Positions 17,230 to 28,495 of a stretch of 47,576 nucleotides of DNA are shown one piece after another (position 1 is the first letter of the stretch; every line of letters begins with the position of its first letter). The notes beneath the pieces were generated by a model. That model ran no database searches, had not been told where the DNA came from, and saw nothing but the letters and a program-made list of their open reading frames with translations. The position numbers were made by a program, and so were the translations under genes. The stretch comes from an uncultured Flavobacteriaceae bacterium (GTDB taxonomy: Bacteria; Bacteroidota; Bacteroidia; Flavobacteriales; Flavobacteriaceae): positions 1 through 47,576 of the forward strand of contig CAZTYX010000001.1 in assembly GCA_964617385.1 (NCBI GenBank). Direction: 5' to 3'.

Positions 17230-19056
17230 CTAACGACGTCTTCCGCCCGCCTTTTTTTGCTTTTCGGCCTCTTCCATGGCTTTCTGTAAACGGGCAGAAA
17301 AACCGCCTGCTTTTTTGGGCTTCTTTTTGTTTTCTTCCAGTTTGGCATGAATTTTTTTGTCGTCAATAATATAATTTTTAATGACCAACATGAGGAAGAT
17401 GGTTAGCAAGTTGGATACGAAATAGTATAAACTCAATCCACTAGCATAATTATTAAAGAAGAAGAGCATCATCAGCGGCATTAAATACATGATGATTTTC
17501 ATATTAGGCATGCCGGGTTGTTGAGGCATGGGCTGTTGACCAGTGGTCATTTTTGTATAAAAGAAAATAGCTATGGAAGCCAAAATAGGAAATAAACTTA
17601 CATGATCTCCATAGAAGGGAATGGAGAAGGGCAAATCCAATACCGAATCGTAGGATGAGAGGTCATCGGCCCATAGGAAACTTTTTTCACGTAAGACAAA
17701 GGCCACAGGAAAAAATGTAAACAAGGCATAAAAAACTGGCAATTGGATTAAGGCTGGTATACATCCTGCCAATGGACTCGCTCCGGCACTGCTATACAAA
17801 CTCATGGTTTCTTGTTGACGTTTCACCGCGTCGTCTTTGTATTTGGCATTGATGGCGTCTACTTCGGGACGTAATAATTTCATTTTAATTTGAGAAACAT
17901 ACGATTTGTATGTGACGGGTGACATGGCTAAACGCACAATAATGGTTAGCACAATAATGGCAATTCCATATGGAAAAATGGTAGATAAAAATCCAAAGAG
18001 GGGTAAAAAGATCCAACGGTTTATCCAGCCAAAAATGCCCCAACCTAACGGAATAGAAGTTTCCAAATCTCCTGGCAACGCCGCCAGGGTTTTATAGTCG
18101 GTGGGGCCATAATAAAAATTGAATTGAGCGGCAATTTCACCATTGTCTTTTGGAAGAGGAAAACGGGAGCGAAAACGCTTTGTATATTGTTCTTCCAATT
18201 CGGCCTTACTGGCTAAATTTTCCGACTGCATCAATACATTTTCCAAAGGCGCTTGTGGCACTAAAATAGCACTGAAAAAGTGTTGTCTGTAAGAAATCCA
18301 GCGAATGTTGCTCAGCTGTTCTTCATCTTCTCCACTAAGCGATAAGTAATCTACACGATCCTCTTCATAACCGTACGTGTATTCGGTATAGCGATTTTCG
18401 TATTCGATACTCCTAGAATTTCGAAATACAGTTGTAGTCCAGTCAAATTGTGGTGCGGTGTTATTGTTTAGCACAGAAGCAAAGCCACTGGTAGTAATGG
18501 ATAATGCTACTTGATAGCCATCATTGGGGAGGGTATAGGTGAATTGAATGCTTTGATTAGCGGCACTTTGAGCCTCTAAAATCAATTGTTGAGCATTGTT
18601 GTTTGTAACCAATCGAGGGGTGAAATACATCTCAGAGGTATTGAGTTCCATCCCATTTAATGCTTTTAATAACACATTGAATTGGGTGTTGTTTTCATTA
18701 ATCAAAAACAACGGTAGATCTTTATAATTATTAAATTCTTTAAGTCTTAAACTTGCAATACCCGCTCCTTTGGGATTAATTTCAAAAGCTAACTTTTCAT
18801 TTTCAAGATTGATAACACCCCTTTCATTGTTTTGAAAAAGCGGACTAAAATCACCGAAAGTTTGCGTCAAATTTATTTGCTCTGCAGTATTGGAAATGGC
18901 TTCTTGCTGAAGGGGTTGTTCCGCAGGTTGTTGGGTGGCTGCCGGTGCTTCCACACTGTTCTCCTCGGGAGCATTTCGATACAGCATCCAGGTGAGAATA
19001 AGTGCTATAAGGATAAATCCTATAAATTGGTACGGATCAAATTTTCTTTCTTCCAT
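17230..19056 (-). CDS. yidC: Membrane protein insertase YidC with a long periplasmic domain and a polybasic C-terminal tail
   Basis: 608-aa ORF. It has an N-terminal TM helix, a large P1-like domain and a conserved core (IAIIVLTIIVRLAMSPVTYKSY). It starts 11 nt after the pyrG stop. Confidence 0.92.
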   Translation of the reverse strand: MEERKFDPYQFIGFILIALILTWMLYRNAPEENSVEAPAATQQPAEQPLQQEAISNTAEQINLTQTFGDFSPLFQNNERGVINLENEKLAFEINPKGAGIASLRLKEFNNYKDLPLFLINENNTQFNVLLKALNGMELNTSEMYFTPRLVTNNNAQQLILEAQSAANQSIQFTYTLPNDGYQVALSITTSGFASVLNNNTAPQFDWTTTVFRNSRSIEYENRYTEYTYGYEEDRVDYLSLSGEDEEQLSNIRWISYRQHFFSAILVPQAPLENVLMQSENLASKAELEEQYTKRFRSRFPLPKDNGEIAAQFNFYYGPTDYKTLAALPGDLETSIPLGWGIFGWINRWIFLPLFGFLSTIFPYGIAIIVLTIIVRLAMSPVTYKSYVSQIKMKLLRPEVDAINAKYKDDAVKRQQETMSLYSSAGASPLAGCIPALIQLPVFYALFTFFPVAFVLREKSFLWADDLSSYDSVLDLPFSIPFYGDHVSLFPILASIAIFFYTKMTTGQQPMPQQPGMPNMKIIMYLMPLMMLFFFNNYASGLSLYYFVSNLLTIFLMLVIKNYIIDDKKIHAKLEENKKKPKKAGGFSARLQKAMEEAEKQKKAGGRRR

Positions 19057-19067
19057 TTAAGGTGTTT

Positions 19068-20693
<1,626 letters not shown>

Positions 20694-20714
20694 TTAATTA
20701 TGAAACACCGGGTT

Positions 20715-20722
20715 CAAATTTA
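20715..20722 (-). promoter_or_regulatory. Candidate -7 box (TAAATTTG) for pyrG-yidC(-mnmA)
   Basis: The minus strand reads TAAATTTG, a perfect TAnnTTTG match, about 30 nt upstream of the pyrG ATG. Confidence 0.45.
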
Positions 20723-20751
20723 CAAAAATCATCACCATTTATAGGCATATA

Positions 20752-22515
20752 CTACCATTCTTTTAGTTCCGTAACCTGATAGCCTTGGTGTTGCAAAATG
20801 AGTACAGCCTCATTTACATAACTATTGTTTTGATCGGGGGCATAAGAAAACGAACTCTGAATGTAGAACGTTTCCCCAATAGAAAGGCTTTTTTCAAGCG
20901 ACCCGCTATAAGCCATTCGCAACAAAACATCAAGCGTTACATCATATGCTCGGATGGCCTCTTTAGAAGGAGGTTTACCGAACGCTTGGATATATTCTTG
21001 TTCAAAGTCAGAAAATTGATCGGTAGATTTATTGATGGTATTGGCGGGATAAGTAAATCCAATACCCCCTAAAACTTTTAGATCTATATCGGCTTTGTCG
21101 TATAAATTATCACGATAGGTTGTAAATACCTGTACGGATCGATCGGCTGTATTTTGAGCATTCATTTGAGTTAATACACTGGCAATGAGAGGGAAAGAAG
21201 AAGTTTCAAAAATAACTTTATTGGGCAGTGAATCCACCAATAGAGAATCCACCAATTCAGGTAAAAGGTAGCCTTCTTTTTCGGGGCGTAGTCGAATGGC
21301 AGTAGGAAATTTTTGCAGTAATTCACGCTCAACAGATCGGTTTAGGGAGTCGGCTACAACCACTATGTTTTGTGTGCTATCCAATTTTTTTTCTAAGAAA
21401 GAGAGCATTTTTTCTCTATAAACCCTTTTTTGCGTTTGGGTTTGGTATATAGCCCTTCGCTTTCGCACCGCATTGGTGGATAGCGGAGTTATTTTAGGAA
21501 TAGGTTCCACTTGACTAAATGATGATAAATAGTCAAAATTAGAAGGGATTATAGGCCCCATAATCACATCTGTGCCTCGCCAATCTTGCGAGTTAACCAC
21601 CTCTTTGATTTTGCTTTTACTATTTTCCGTATCATATACTTTTACATCAATAGGTATGCCTATGGCATTCACTTTTTTTGCTGCAAGGGTGGCTCCCATA
21701 TAAAAATCAAAAGCCACCGTGTAGAGGTTTCTGTTTTCTAGGAGTGGACGCACCAAATGGAGGGAGTCTAGATTGAGTTCCTGAGCACGAAAAGGCAACA
21801 TTAAAGCCATTTTCAAGGGCTTTGTTTGCATCACAGAATCAAACAAATTGACACGTTCCATCAACAAATCATCAGTCACTTTTAAATCCCCAGAAAAAGC
21901 CGCAGGCACTTTGAGTACCATGCCCTCTTGCAAACCTCTTTCTAAAAGCTCTGGGTTTAAGGAGTCTAAAACGGTTTTAGTCACACCCAATTTTTTTTCT
22001 ATACGATAGTAGCCCTCTTTGGGCAAAACCATATAATAATTAAAAAGGGAATCTTTTTCGGGTAACACTCTAGATTCTGATAAGAGGGGTACTTGAAGGG
22101 TTTGACCAATTTTAAGCCCTTGTTTTATTATTGGGTTTTTTTCCTCTAAGGCGGCAATGGTGGTACCATATTGATAGGCCAAACGCCATTTTGTTTCTTT
22201 GGGTTGCACCACATGGGTTTGCCATTGTATGCTGTCTTGCTCTTTAACAAACAGTGGTTCAGATTCGGCTACGGTTATCTCGGGCAGTTCAAAAATGGGA
22301 ATCCGCAGCCGCATGCGTTTGCGCAACCCTGTCTTAGATAAAATAGGGTTGTATTCTTCTAGGGCTTCTTGGGAAATGTTATATTGTTTGCTTATCCCAA
22401 ATAGGGTTTCTCCGGCACGTACTTTATGATATTCAAATCCCGTGGGCATTTGTTGAGCACTTAGACCAAGGGCCAAAAGAAATAACGGAATTATGTGAAA
22501 ATATTTAGAAATCAT
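20752..22515 (-). CDS. LysM-domain (three copies) protein with a C-terminal periplasmic-binding-protein-like domain
   Basis: 587-aa ORF with a signal peptide. Three LysM-like units are HKVRAGETLFGISKQYNIS..EYNP, HVVQPKETKWRLAYQYGTT..EKNP and YMVLPKEGYYRIEKKLGVT..SLNP. Confidence 0.8.
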   Translation of the reverse strand: MISKYFHIIPLFLLALGLSAQQMPTGFEYHKVRAGETLFGISKQYNISQEALEEYNPILSKTGLRKRMRLRIPIFELPEITVAESEPLFVKEQDSIQWQTHVVQPKETKWRLAYQYGTTIAALEEKNPIIKQGLKIGQTLQVPLLSESRVLPEKDSLFNYYMVLPKEGYYRIEKKLGVTKTVLDSLNPELLERGLQEGMVLKVPAAFSGDLKVTDDLLMERVNLFDSVMQTKPLKMALMLPFRAQELNLDSLHLVRPLLENRNLYTVAFDFYMGATLAAKKVNAIGIPIDVKVYDTENSKSKIKEVVNSQDWRGTDVIMGPIIPSNFDYLSSFSQVEPIPKITPLSTNAVRKRRAIYQTQTQKRVYREKMLSFLEKKLDSTQNIVVVADSLNRSVERELLQKFPTAIRLRPEKEGYLLPELVDSLLVDSLPNKVIFETSSFPLIASVLTQMNAQNTADRSVQVFTTYRDNLYDKADIDLKVLGGIGFTYPANTINKSTDQFSDFEQEYIQAFGKPPSKEAIRAYDVTLDVLLRMAYSGSLEKSLSIGETFYIQSSFSYAPDQNNSYVNEAVLILQHQGYQVTELKEW

Positions 22516-22534
22516 GGTGTCGTATTATCAATAA

Positions 22535-24064
22535 TCATTCCCATTCAATGGTGGCCGGTGGTTTTGAACTTATATCATACACCACTCGGTTGATTCCCTT
22601 GACATTATTTATAATTTGATTCGATATTTTTTGTAAAAATTCATAAGGCAAATTTACCCAATCGGCTGTCATGCCATCGGTGGATTGCACCGCTCGAAGA
22701 GCCACACATTTTTCATAGGTACGCTCATCCCCCATCACACCCACACTGTTTACAGGTAATAAAATGGCGCCGGCCTGCCACACTTGATCATATAAATTGT
22801 GTTCTTTTAATCCTTGAATAAAAATGGCATCTGCCTCTTGGAGCAGCGCTACATTATCTTTTGTGATGGGTCCCAATATACGAATGGCTAATCCGGGTCC
22901 TGGAAATGGGTGGCGTCCTATAAGCGCTTCGGACATGTTCATGCTCCTACCCACACGGCGAACCTCATCCTTAAATAACATCCGCAACGGCTCCACCACC
23001 TTAAGTTTCATGTAGTCTGGAAGTCCTCCCACGTTGTGGTGCGATTTAATTGTGGCTGAAGGGCCATTTACCGAGGTAGATTCTATTACATCGGGATATA
23101 TGGTACCTTGTGCCAACCAAGTAGCACCCACCACCTTTTGGGCTTCTTCGTCAAAAACATCTATGAAATGATTGCCAATTATTTTCCTTTTGGTTTCAGG
23201 ATCATCAACACCCTCTAGGGCATTCAAAAATAAGCCACTAGCATCAACACCTTTTACGTTGAGCCCCATACCTTCATATTGTTTTAATACTTCTTCAAAT
23301 TCATTTTTGCGTAACAAACCGTTGTTTACAAAAATGCAGTTGAGCTGATTGCCAATCGCCTTGTGCAACAAGATGGCCGCAACAGATGAATCTACACCCC
23401 CTGATAAACCAAGAATAACTTTTTCAGTGCCAATTTTTTCTCGCAAAGCCTTGACAGTGGTTTGCACAAAAGAATCGGGAGTCCAGTTTTGTGCCACGCC
23501 AGCTATTTTCACTAAAAAGTTTTCTAATATCAATTTTCCTTCTGTAGAATGATATACTTCAGGATGAAATTGAATACCATATGTTTTTTCGTCTTCTAAG
23601 GTGAAGGCTGCATTTTCAACATCTTCAGTGCTAGCTAAAAGTACGCCTCCTTCTGGCAAGGTCTTGATGGTATCACTATGACTCATCCACACCTGACTTT
23701 GGGTTTGCACTCCTTCAAAAAACAAATCACCTTGTGGCAATACATTTAAATGGGCTCTGCCATATTCTCTTTTGTTTGAAGCGCTCACCTTACCACCAAA
23801 AAAATGGGCAATATATTGCGCACCATAGCACACGCCTAGCAGCGGTTTTTTTCCTTTGATGTTTGTTAAATCGGGATGCGGAGCATCTTCATGCCGCACT
23901 GAATAGGGAGATCCAGACAAAATCACGGCCTTAAATTGATCTAAATCAGCAGGAATTTTATGATAGGGGTGTATTTCGCAGTATATAAAAAGCTCTCGCA
24001 CTCTTCTTGCAATAAGCTGAGTATACTGGGAACCAAAATCGAGAATGAGTATTTTTTCTTGCAT
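22535..24064 (-). CDS. guaA: Glutamine-hydrolysing GMP synthase
   Basis: Contains [20 protein letters not shown], the GATase motif GVCYGAQ and the PP-loop [13 protein letters not shown] prefer the ATG at 24064 (MQEKILILD) over the track's TTG at 24070. Confidence 0.96.
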   Translation of the reverse strand: MQEKILILDFGSQYTQLIARRVRELFIYCEIHPYHKIPADLDQFKAVILSGSPYSVRHEDAPHPDLTNIKGKKPLLGVCYGAQYIAHFFGGKVSASNKREYGRAHLNVLPQGDLFFEGVQTQSQVWMSHSDTIKTLPEGGVLLASTEDVENAAFTLEDEKTYGIQFHPEVYHSTEGKLILENFLVKIAGVAQNWTPDSFVQTTVKALREKIGTEKVILGLSGGVDSSVAAILLHKAIGNQLNCIFVNNGLLRKNEFEEVLKQYEGMGLNVKGVDASGLFLNALEGVDDPETKRKIIGNHFIDVFDEEAQKVVGATWLAQGTIYPDVIESTSVNGPSATIKSHHNVGGLPDYMKLKVVEPLRMLFKDEVRRVGRSMNMSEALIGRHPFPGPGLAIRILGPITKDNVALLQEADAIFIQGLKEHNLYDQVWQAGAILLPVNSVGVMGDERTYEKCVALRAVQSTDGMTADWVNLPYEFLQKISNQIINNVKGINRVVYDISSKPPATIEWE

Positions 24065-24067
24065 GGC

Positions 24068-24075
24068 CAAAAATA
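24068..24075 (-). promoter_or_regulatory. Candidate -7 box (TATTTTTG) 3 nt upstream of the guaA ATG
   Basis: Minus strand reads CGTATTTTTG-GCC-ATG, a perfect TAnnTTTG match. Confidence 0.4.
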
Positions 24076-24130
24076 CGATTTAATTCACGGTATGGAAATC
24101 TCCCAGTCTTTAAAAAATACACAAGGATTG

Positions 24131-25738
24131 TTAATATTTAATCAGACTAAATTCTAGGGCAAAAGGATCGAGGGTTTCCATAAGATCAGCTATGAAATCA
24201 GGGCCATAGTCAACAAAAAAACTTGTAAAGTTAGCTTGTCTTTCTTGCAAACTATCGTTAGGAAAAAGGGATTCATGCAAGGTTGCCATGCGTTTCACAT
24301 GATCTGCCAATTTTCTTTTTTGAGCACTCAACAAACGTTTTTCAAGCGTTTCAATTCCTTTAAATTGTTTGGCTTTTTGTGCTTGCACTGCTCCTTTAAA
24401 AGAGGGGTCGGTTGTTGCCACTAATTCCTCTAAATGGTCAAATTGCGATTGCAGTTGCGTTTTAAGAAAACTGAGATCTAAATCAATGTTGCTGATTTGT
24501 CTAATTTTTTTATTGATTAATTCATTGCGCGATAAAAAGAGGTCTTCGGAAGAAAGTTGCAAACGCGCCACCTTTTGGTCGCTTTTTGATGTCATTAACA
24601 GCGCACTGTTTCGGAGCAATAAAATGGGAAAAGGGGTTTGCTCGGATTCAAAAAAACTTTTTAGTTGAAACCAATAGGCCAACTCACCACCACCACCCAC
24701 ATAGGCCACATTGGGCAATATTGTTTCTTGATAAAGTGGACGCAGCAACACATTGGGTGAAAATCGTTCAGGGTGCGTGTTCAATTCTGCAATTAACGTC
24801 TCGGCGGTTTTGGATGCGTCCAAACCTTCAAAAAGAAATTGATCTCCGTTTTTTTTAATTCGGTGCCGACCATTTTCTGTGAGGTAAAAAAGATTAATTT
24901 CTCGAGGATTGACTTGTGGCACAAAATTTTGATGATAGGCTTTTTGCAATCTTTGGGTCTGTGCTAAAACCGTTTCATAGCATTGTTGCTGTTCTAGTTC
25001 ACGTTGCATGGGCGGCACAAACACTTTTTTTAGTGCCGAATCATTGCCATCTAATATCACAAGAGGATAATCAGCAAATAGGAATTGTACAAAAGTACGT
25101 GTGGCCGTTGCTAAATCAGGTGCTTTACGATAACTTTCGGCAATCCATTCTTTGAGTAGTGCGGTGCCAGGCTTGTGTCCTAAATGCTGCTCAAAAAGAT
25201 CGAGTACGGGCTGTAAATCGTCTAGAGCAATAGTGCCCACTGCACGTCCCGCTTGTTTACTATTCCATTGAATTTTCTTTCCTTCAAACAAAAAAGATTG
25301 AATTTCTTCAAAATCATGATCTTCTGTGGCCATCCAATACACAGGAACAAAATTGTAATCGCTGTGTTTTTTATTCAATTCTTGCGCCGCCTTAATGACG
25401 GTGATGATCTTATATATAAAAAATAAAGGGCCGGTCATTAAACACAATTGGTGTCCCGTGGTAATGGTTACCGTATTGTCTTTTTTCAAAAGATCAATGC
25501 CTTTTTGGGCCGCTGGAAATAAGGTTAAATTGTTGTATTGTTTTTGAAGGGTTTCCACCAACACTGCTCGATTGTCAGATGTAAAGGATTGGCTTTTTTC
25601 TTTGGCTTGTTTTTCAAAATTGGCCAGCGTTGGAAAACGACCATAAAACGGTTGCAAACTGCTTTGCTGCGCTAAATAATCGCACATCAAGACAGAAAAG
25701 CGCCCAGTCTTTGCAAAGGGGATGGCCGTGTGTTGCAT
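24131..25738 (-). CDS. bshC: Bacillithiol biosynthesis cysteine-adding enzyme BshC
   Basis: 535-aa ORF. The N-terminus (..FAKTGRFSVLMCDYLAQQSSLQPFYGRFPTLANFEKQAKEK) and the length match my recollection of flavobacterial BshC/YllA-family proteins. This is a recognition-level call only. Confidence 0.7.
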   Translation of the reverse strand: MQHTAIPFAKTGRFSVLMCDYLAQQSSLQPFYGRFPTLANFEKQAKEKSQSFTSDNRAVLVETLQKQYNNLTLFPAAQKGIDLLKKDNTVTITTGHQLCLMTGPLFFIYKIITVIKAAQELNKKHSDYNFVPVYWMATEDHDFEEIQSFLFEGKKIQWNSKQAGRAVGTIALDDLQPVLDLFEQHLGHKPGTALLKEWIAESYRKAPDLATATRTFVQFLFADYPLVILDGNDSALKKVFVPPMQRELEQQQCYETVLAQTQRLQKAYHQNFVPQVNPREINLFYLTENGRHRIKKNGDQFLFEGLDASKTAETLIAELNTHPERFSPNVLLRPLYQETILPNVAYVGGGGELAYWFQLKSFFESEQTPFPILLLRNSALLMTSKSDQKVARLQLSSEDLFLSRNELINKKIRQISNIDLDLSFLKTQLQSQFDHLEELVATTDPSFKGAVQAQKAKQFKGIETLEKRLLSAQKRKLADHVKRMATLHESLFPNDSLQERQANFTSFFVDYGPDFIADLMETLDPFALEFSLIKY

Positions 25739-25856
25739 AGCTTATTTTGTGTAAAGATATCTGTTTTTTTAGAAGTAGATTTAAACTGAAATTACAAAGC
25801 CTTTTCAATCATTCAATATGGCATACTATTTGTTAAACAAGCGCTAAAAAAATCTA

Positions 25857-27197
25857 ATGAAACATTCGTTTTTTGCGACTTTTCCCCTCCTTCTACTTTT
25901 TTTATCTTGTAGCATCACCTTTGAAAACGATGACCAAGAAGAAATACTCCAAAAAAATGAAGAGGGCAGAAAAGTGGTTGATGTTGCTTATTATACACCC
26001 ATATATGCCAAGCCCAATGAAGCTGCTCTTAAGACAACTGTTATTGACCCCATTCCCTACAGCAAGGCCGGAAAAATTATAACCTATAAAAATTATATCT
26101 TAATTAACAAACCCCTAGAAGGCATCCACATTTTAGACAACAGTGATCCTACTGCCCCTGAAAACATTGCTTTTTTTGAACTTAAAGGAAACATTGATCT
26201 CGCCATTGTAGACGATCGACTTTATGCCGATATGTTTTCTGCCCTTGTGGTTATTGATGTGTCAGACATGGAAAACCCAAAATTGATTGATGATTTTACG
26301 GTAGAAGATGTTTTTTATTATGACCCTTGGTGGAATTTTGAACCCCTCGAAGAGGCACGTGATTATGACTATATCTCAAGCGATCCTATTGACTACTCCA
26401 AAGGCATAGTGGTGGGCTGGGAATTGGAAATTCGTCAAGAAGAAGAAAGTGTACTTCGTACCTTAAATGATCAAATTTATACCTTTGACGCTGTGAGCAG
26501 TGAAGTTTCTGTTGCTGACGATGCATCATTAGTAAGCACAGCAGGCTCTATGGCGCGCTTTTTACCGATCGAAAACTACCTTTATGCTATTAACAACAGT
26601 GATTTATTGCTGTTTGAAATCAATAAAGATGAAAAACCCAATCGATGGGGAAAATTAGGGACCAACACCTGGGCTGAAACACTCTATACCTTAAATGATT
26701 TACTTTTTGTTGGATCGGCCACAGGCATGCTAATGTATGATGTTTCCGAAGCTGGAAATCCTACATTTATCAACAAAATAGATCATTTTAGAAGTTGCGA
26801 CCCTGTGGTGGCCGATTTGGATTATGCTTACGTTACGTTACGGGGTGGCACCAATTGCTTTACTGAACGAAACGAATTGCAGATCATTAACATTCAAAAT
26901 CCTGAAACATTAGAAGTCACCGCCACCCATTTGATGTTCAACCCGCATGGATTGGCAGTATATGAAAACTTTGTTATCGTTTGTGATGGAACAGCTGGAA
27001 TTAAAGTGGTGAATGTGACTGACAAAAGTGCCCCTATGGTAGCGGAAATCTATCCCATCGAATTTGCTTACGATATTATCTTAGACTACCCCAACGCCTT
27101 GGTGGTGGGCGAAGAAAAATTATATCAATATGACCTCAGCGAATTGCCCAAATTGACCCTCACGAGTGAGTCGGCGTTAGAGGCTCAGCAGAAGTAA
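25857..27197 (+). CDS. LVIVD-repeat lipoprotein
   Basis: 446-aa ORF with lipobox LLFLSC. LVIVD-like strands include ALVVIDVSDMENPKLI and FVIVCDGTAGIKVVNVTDKSAP. Confidence 0.7.
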   Translation: MKHSFFATFPLLLLFLSCSITFENDDQEEILQKNEEGRKVVDVAYYTPIYAKPNEAALKTTVIDPIPYSKAGKIITYKNYILINKPLEGIHILDNSDPTAPENIAFFELKGNIDLAIVDDRLYADMFSALVVIDVSDMENPKLIDDFTVEDVFYYDPWWNFEPLEEARDYDYISSDPIDYSKGIVVGWELEIRQEEESVLRTLNDQIYTFDAVSSEVSVADDASLVSTAGSMARFLPIENYLYAINNSDLLLFEINKDEKPNRWGKLGTNTWAETLYTLNDLLFVGSATGMLMYDVSEAGNPTFINKIDHFRSCDPVVADLDYAYVTLRGGTNCFTERNELQIINIQNPETLEVTATHLMFNPHGLAVYENFVIVCDGTAGIKVVNVTDKSAPMVAEIYPIEFAYDIILDYPNALVVGEEKLYQYDLSELPKLTLTSESALEAQQK

Positions 27198-28494
27198 TCG
27201 GCGCTCCTTCCAGATCAAAATCTGTGGCGGCAGTAATGTTTACGTCCACAAACTGCCCCTGTTTTAGATAAAACCTTTGGGCATCAATCAACACTTCATT
27301 GTCTACATCGGGAGAGTCTTTGTATGTCCGACCTACATAAAAATTTCCTTCTTTACGATCAATAATACACCGGTATGTTTGTCCGATGCTTTTTTGATTT
27401 TCTTCCCATGAAATTTGCGATTGAATTTCCATAATTTCATTTAAACGCTCTTGTTTCACAGCCTCAGGAACAGAATCTTTTAACAGATAGGCATGTGTAT
27501 TTTCTTCATGGCTGTAGGTAAAACAACCCAAACGATCAAAACGTGTGGTTTTCACCCATTGTTTTAGGGTTTCAAAATCTTCATCGGTTTCTCCGGGATA
27601 ACCCACAATAAGCGTAGTGCGTAATGCAATATTGGGAACCACCGTTCGCATTTCTTCAAGCAAAGCGGTTGTTTTAGCTTTAGTAGTGCCTCGGCGCATG
27701 GATTTTAAAATGGGATCGGCAATGTGCTGAAGGGGTATGTCTAAGTAGTTGCAAATTTTGGGTTGTGCTTGCATCACTTTCAAAACATCTTTTGGAAATC
27801 CGGTAGGAAAGGCATAGTGCAACCGAATCCATTCAATACCCTCCACTTGGGCTAACGCTTCCAGTAGGGCCGCTAGCTTTCTTTCTTTATACAAATCTAA
27901 CCCATAAAAGGTAGTGTCTTGACCAATCAGAATCAATTCTTTAACCCCCTTGGCAGCAAGTGTATTGGCTTGCTCAACTAAATCTTCAATAGAACGAGAT
28001 TGGTGTTTGCCTCGCATCAAGGGGATCGAACAAAACGAACAAGGACGATCACAACCTTCTGAAATTTTCAAATAGGCATAATGCTTTGGGGTGGTCAACA
28101 TACGCTCGCCAATAAGTTCATGTTTGTAGTCAGCCCCCAAAACCTTCAGCAACGCAGGCAATTCGGTAGTTCCAAAATATTGATCTACATCCGGAATTTC
28201 TTTTTGCAAATCGGGTTTATAGCGTTCACTTAAACAACCCATCACATACACTTTGTCTATAGCGCCTGCTTTTTTACGTTCAATTTGCGTTAAAATGGTG
28301 TTGACCGATTCTTCTTTGGCATTATCAATAAATCCGCAGGTGTTAATCACCACAATATTTCCTTCTCCCTCATGGCTCACCGCTTTTTTATTGGCCTGCA
28401 ATTGCCCCATAAGCACTTCGGAATCAAAAATATTTTTTGAACACCCCAAGGTGATGACATTAATGTGGTTGGTTATTGAGCTTTTTGTACGCAT
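27160..28494 (-). CDS. rimO: Ribosomal protein S12 methylthiotransferase
   Basis: Radical-SAM motif CDRPCSFCSIP is present, with an N-terminal MTTase domain (INVITLGCSKNIFDSE) and a C-terminal TRAM domain. I place the start at the ATG at 28494, 1 nt after the amidase stop; the track's longer ORF overlaps the amidase gene. Confidence 0.92.
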   Translation of the reverse strand: MRTKSSITNHINVITLGCSKNIFDSEVLMGQLQANKKAVSHEGEGNIVVINTCGFIDNAKEESVNTILTQIERKKAGAIDKVYVMGCLSERYKPDLQKEIPDVDQYFGTTELPALLKVLGADYKHELIGERMLTTPKHYAYLKISEGCDRPCSFCSIPLMRGKHQSRSIEDLVEQANTLAAKGVKELILIGQDTTFYGLDLYKERKLAALLEALAQVEGIEWIRLHYAFPTGFPKDVLKVMQAQPKICNYLDIPLQHIADPILKSMRRGTTKAKTTALLEEMRTVVPNIALRTTLIVGYPGETDEDFETLKQWVKTTRFDRLGCFTYSHEENTHAYLLKDSVPEAVKQERLNEIMEIQSQISWEENQKSIGQTYRCIIDRKEGNFYVGRTYKDSPDVDNEVLIDAQRFYLKQGQFVDVNITAATDFDLEGAPITSAEPLTPTHS

Positions 28495-28495
28495 C

